A DNA stretch of 64,000 nucleotides from Epithemia pelagica. Taxonomy: Eukaryota; Protista; Bacillariophyta. Below the pieces are notes generated by a model that saw only the letters and a program-made list of their open reading frames with translations, did not search any database and was not told the origin of the DNA. Location of the stretch: positions 3,535,191-3,599,190 of the forward strand of contig OX337236.1 of NCBI GenBank assembly GCA_946965045.2, written 5' to 3'. This document shows, in pieces, positions 61,642 to 64,000 of this stretch. Each line of letters begins with the position of its first letter. The stretch's first letter is position 1. The translations under genes were made by a program, and so were the position numbers.

Positions 61642-62265
61642 ATGGCTACCAACAATGGGCCTGGAACGGCATCTCCATCCCGGAGACGGCCTGTGAAGAA
61701 GATCCGTTCCGATCAGGGCATTGGCTTGTCATGTTTAGATGCTACAATTGTGACACCCTTTGGTATGGGATGCGGCATATGCAAAAAATCATTCGGAGAA
61801 AGTCTTTGGTCCATGCAGCGGCATCTAAATCAACATGGAGTCTGTGTCTCAGCAACTGACAACCGACTCCTTGTTGCAAGAAAATAGTCCCGTGAGCAAA
61901 TTTTGCAAGAAGACCCTCATACCACAAAAAACTTCTTCACGGGGAGGTCTGTTCTTGGATATTCCTGCAGGTGTCTTGTTGGTTGGACAAGACTCAGCAA
62001 TGTTATGCGTCATCTCTCCTCGCCTAACTCCTGTGGAGCCATTGGGCCTGAGAGGGAACAATTGCAGGTCCCTTCTTGTGGGAGGCTGGTATCTATGACT
62101 GCTGTCAGTATGAAATATTCCCAAGAGGATCCAATCTTGAAAACAAAGAGAGCGGTCACCCAAACTTTCCATATGGTATCTGAGGAGATGGTTGATTGTT
62201 TTGTTCCTTTGTTCCATCCATTGGCTCAGGAGGAACACTACTCTTCCAAGCCAGATGGAGCACCT
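61642..62265 (+). pseudogene. Type B ORF start (unit B3), CAG>TAG at 61885, truncated at CCTAAGG 62263
   Basis: Near-identical to 56059-56680. Confidence 0.85.
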
Positions 62266-62725
62266 AAGGAGAAAGTGCCCCCTAGCGTACACCCCACGTA
62301 ATCTTGGTATTGCACGTAGTGTCTCAGTTATGCATGTTAGCATAGCCCTAGTGTCTTAGCATTGCATGTAAACAAAGCCACTTGTGTCTCAGCATTGCAC
62401 GTAAGCAAAGCCCCTTGTGTCCCAGTGTTGCATGTCCTATAAGCCTATTCTCCAAGCCGCATACTCTTTTCAGATATAGTGAATACACATGCCTCATCAT
62501 ATTCCTAGCGTGCCATGACAGACTCATTGCTAACAGGTCTATTATTTCATTAGGACCTATACAATGTCTCCATAGGGTATGAATTGGGGTCATCTCGTTT
62601 GAAATTTTGAAGATTTCCTGTGAATGACCTGCATTGGGCCTTTTTGTCTTGAAGATTTCCTGTGAATGACCCTGCATTGGGCCTTTTTGTCTTGCCCATT
62701 TCGACCATCCAGCTGCAAACCGACA

Positions 62726-62984
62726 ATGGCAGCAAATCCTACTGCTGATCCTAAGATGGAGCTGTTTGATCCCTTAAGTGGGAAGGCCTTTCGGGGTCAT
62801 CATGGTCTCCGTGTTTCCCACTATGGTGTTTTCTGTGTGGAGTGTCGAATGTCTGTGGCGAGCTCACCTTCATCCCTCCAACGCCACCTCAAGAAACATC
62901 CAAGCTGGGAGCTCATCATCTCCCTTCAAGATTTGAAGAATCTGTGTTCTAAGCACATTGAAGAATTAAAACACAATCAAGATA
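62726..62984 (+). pseudogene. Type D element ORF start (Zn finger), ending at the interstitial telomere tract
   Basis: HYGVFCVECRMSV...SLQRHLKKH has the same CxxC...RH...H pattern as the other units. Confidence 0.6.
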
Positions 62985-63020
62985 TTAGGGTTAGGGTTAG
63001 GGTTAGGGTTAGGGTTAGGG
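62985..63020 (+). repeat. Interstitial telomeric tract (TTAGGG)6
   Basis: Six perfect units in the same orientation as the terminal telomere. Confidence 0.97.
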
Positions 63021-63249
63021 GACTGTTGTCCATTTTCCTGATTTGTCTTGGAAAACACTTTCATACCAATTGAGGACACTTTCGTATGTAATGGGCATAA
63101 TACCGGTGTAGTGAGATTCCTCGCTTGTGTGTGTTCGAAGTGTATGATTGGTACCAGAAACAGTCATAGTCGACACGTCCTTTCTTTTGTTTCGCACTTC
63201 ATCATCATTGAAGAAGGGTCACCAGGATTCTTGGTGGTCGGTGGTTTTT

Positions 63250-63442
63250 TGTAGCGAGGGCCCTTGATGCGGTTGCCCGCCATTTTGTACTTGTCACGAT
63301 GCGCTTTTTGTGTAGCGTCTTTGTTTCAACAACAACAACAACAAGGGTAGTCGAGGAAGCGCTTTAATTGTAGCGTCTTTGAGACAACCTTGTGTACTTG
63401 TCTAAACAGTAAAAAGTGTGCGCTGAATTGTGTAGCGTCTTT
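63250..63442 (+). repeat. Telomere-adjacent motif TGTAGCG(TCTTT) spaced about 60 bp apart
   Basis: Copies at 63250 (partial), 63311, 63369 and 63431; the last merges into the telomere. Confidence 0.75.
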
Positions 63443-64000
63443 AGGGTTAGGGTTAGGGTTAGGGTTAGGGTTAGGGTTAGGGTTAGGGTTAGGGTTAGGG
63501 TTAGGGTTAGGGTTAGGGTTAGGGTTAGGGTTAGGGTTAGGGTTAGGGTTAGGGTTAGGGTTAGGGTTAGGGTTAGGGTTAGGGTTAGGGTTAGGGTTAG
63601 GGTTAGGGTTAGGGTTAGGGTTAGGGTTAGGGTTAGGGTTAGGGTTAGGGTTAGGGTTAGGGTTAGGGTTAGGGTTAGGGTTAGGGTTAGGGTTAGGGTT
63701 AGGGTTAGGGTTAGGGTTAGGGTTAGGGTTAGGGTTAGGGTTAGGGTTAGGGTTAGGGTTAGGGTTAGGGTTAGGGTTAGGGTTAGGGTTAGGGTTAGGG
63801 TTAGGGTTAGGGTTAGGGTTAGGGTTAGGGTTAGGGTTAGGGTTAGGGTTAGGGTTAGGGTTAGGGTTAGGGTTAGGGTTAGGGTTAGGGTTAGGGTTAG
63901 GGTTAGGGTTAGGGTTAGGGTTAGGGTTAGGGTTAGGGTTAGGGTTAGGGTTAGGGTTAGGGTTAGGGTTAGGGTTAGGGTTAGGGTTAGGGTTAGGGTT
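63441..64000 (+). repeat. Telomere (TTAGGG)n, about 93 units, G-strand 5'->3' toward the end
   Basis: Uninterrupted TTAGGG array running to the end of the window. Confidence 0.99.

Larger units (their letters stand above)
54616..62984 (+). mobile_element. Stack of eight co-oriented, 3'-truncated left-end fragments of a ZnF-YR-RecQ-like helicase element family, each beginning at CCTAAGG
   Basis: CCTAAGG at 54616, 55567, 58784, 59406, 59795, 60597, 61151 and 62263. Unit lengths are 951, 3217, 622, 389, 802, 554, 1112 and 722 bp. Repeated left ends: type A at 54616/59406; type B at 55567/60597/61151; B-like at 58784; C at 59795; D at 62263. Confidence 0.85.

Noticed and set aside
54616-62984. 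Interpretation as a Helitron, non-LTR telomeric retrotransposon or simple satellite
   Set aside because: No HUH/Pif1 or RT motifs; units are 3'-truncated rather than 5'-truncated, have no poly(A), vary in length, and are defined by a fixed left end.
62666-63073. ORF with an RVRVRV repeat as a real protein
   Set aside because: The repeat is the translation of (TTAGGG)6; only the Zn-finger part upstream looks coding.

Overview
This is a eukaryotic right chromosome end; a diatom-like stramenopile is inferred from the TTAGGG telomere, the diatom-type Ty1/copia element and the gene content. Bases 1-48.5 kb hold a head-to-tail array of 11 intron-less six-bladed Kelch genes plus one fragment, all transcribed toward the telomere: 8 have an open propeller ORF and 3 are disrupted. 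The spacers are patchworks of re-used modules containing decayed ankyrin and LRR gene pieces. One Kelch gene is split by a 6,994-bp hAT transposon (16-bp TIRs, 8-bp TSD) with a dead transposase and an intact endonuclease III (Nth)-like glycosylase ORF. A 5'-truncated copia occupies about 49.8-54.6 kb. The most striking region is 54.6-63.0 kb: eight stacked, co-oriented left-end fragments of one element family encoding a Zn-finger / tyrosine-recombinase-like / RecQ-like helicase protein. Every fragment starts at CCTAAGG and is cut off at the next CCTAAGG (the last at an interstitial (TTAGGG)6). Several left ends carry helically phased TGCA-N3-GAGC repeats. The window ends in about 560 bp of (TTAGGG)n. 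All domain calls are by eye from motifs; no database searches were run.
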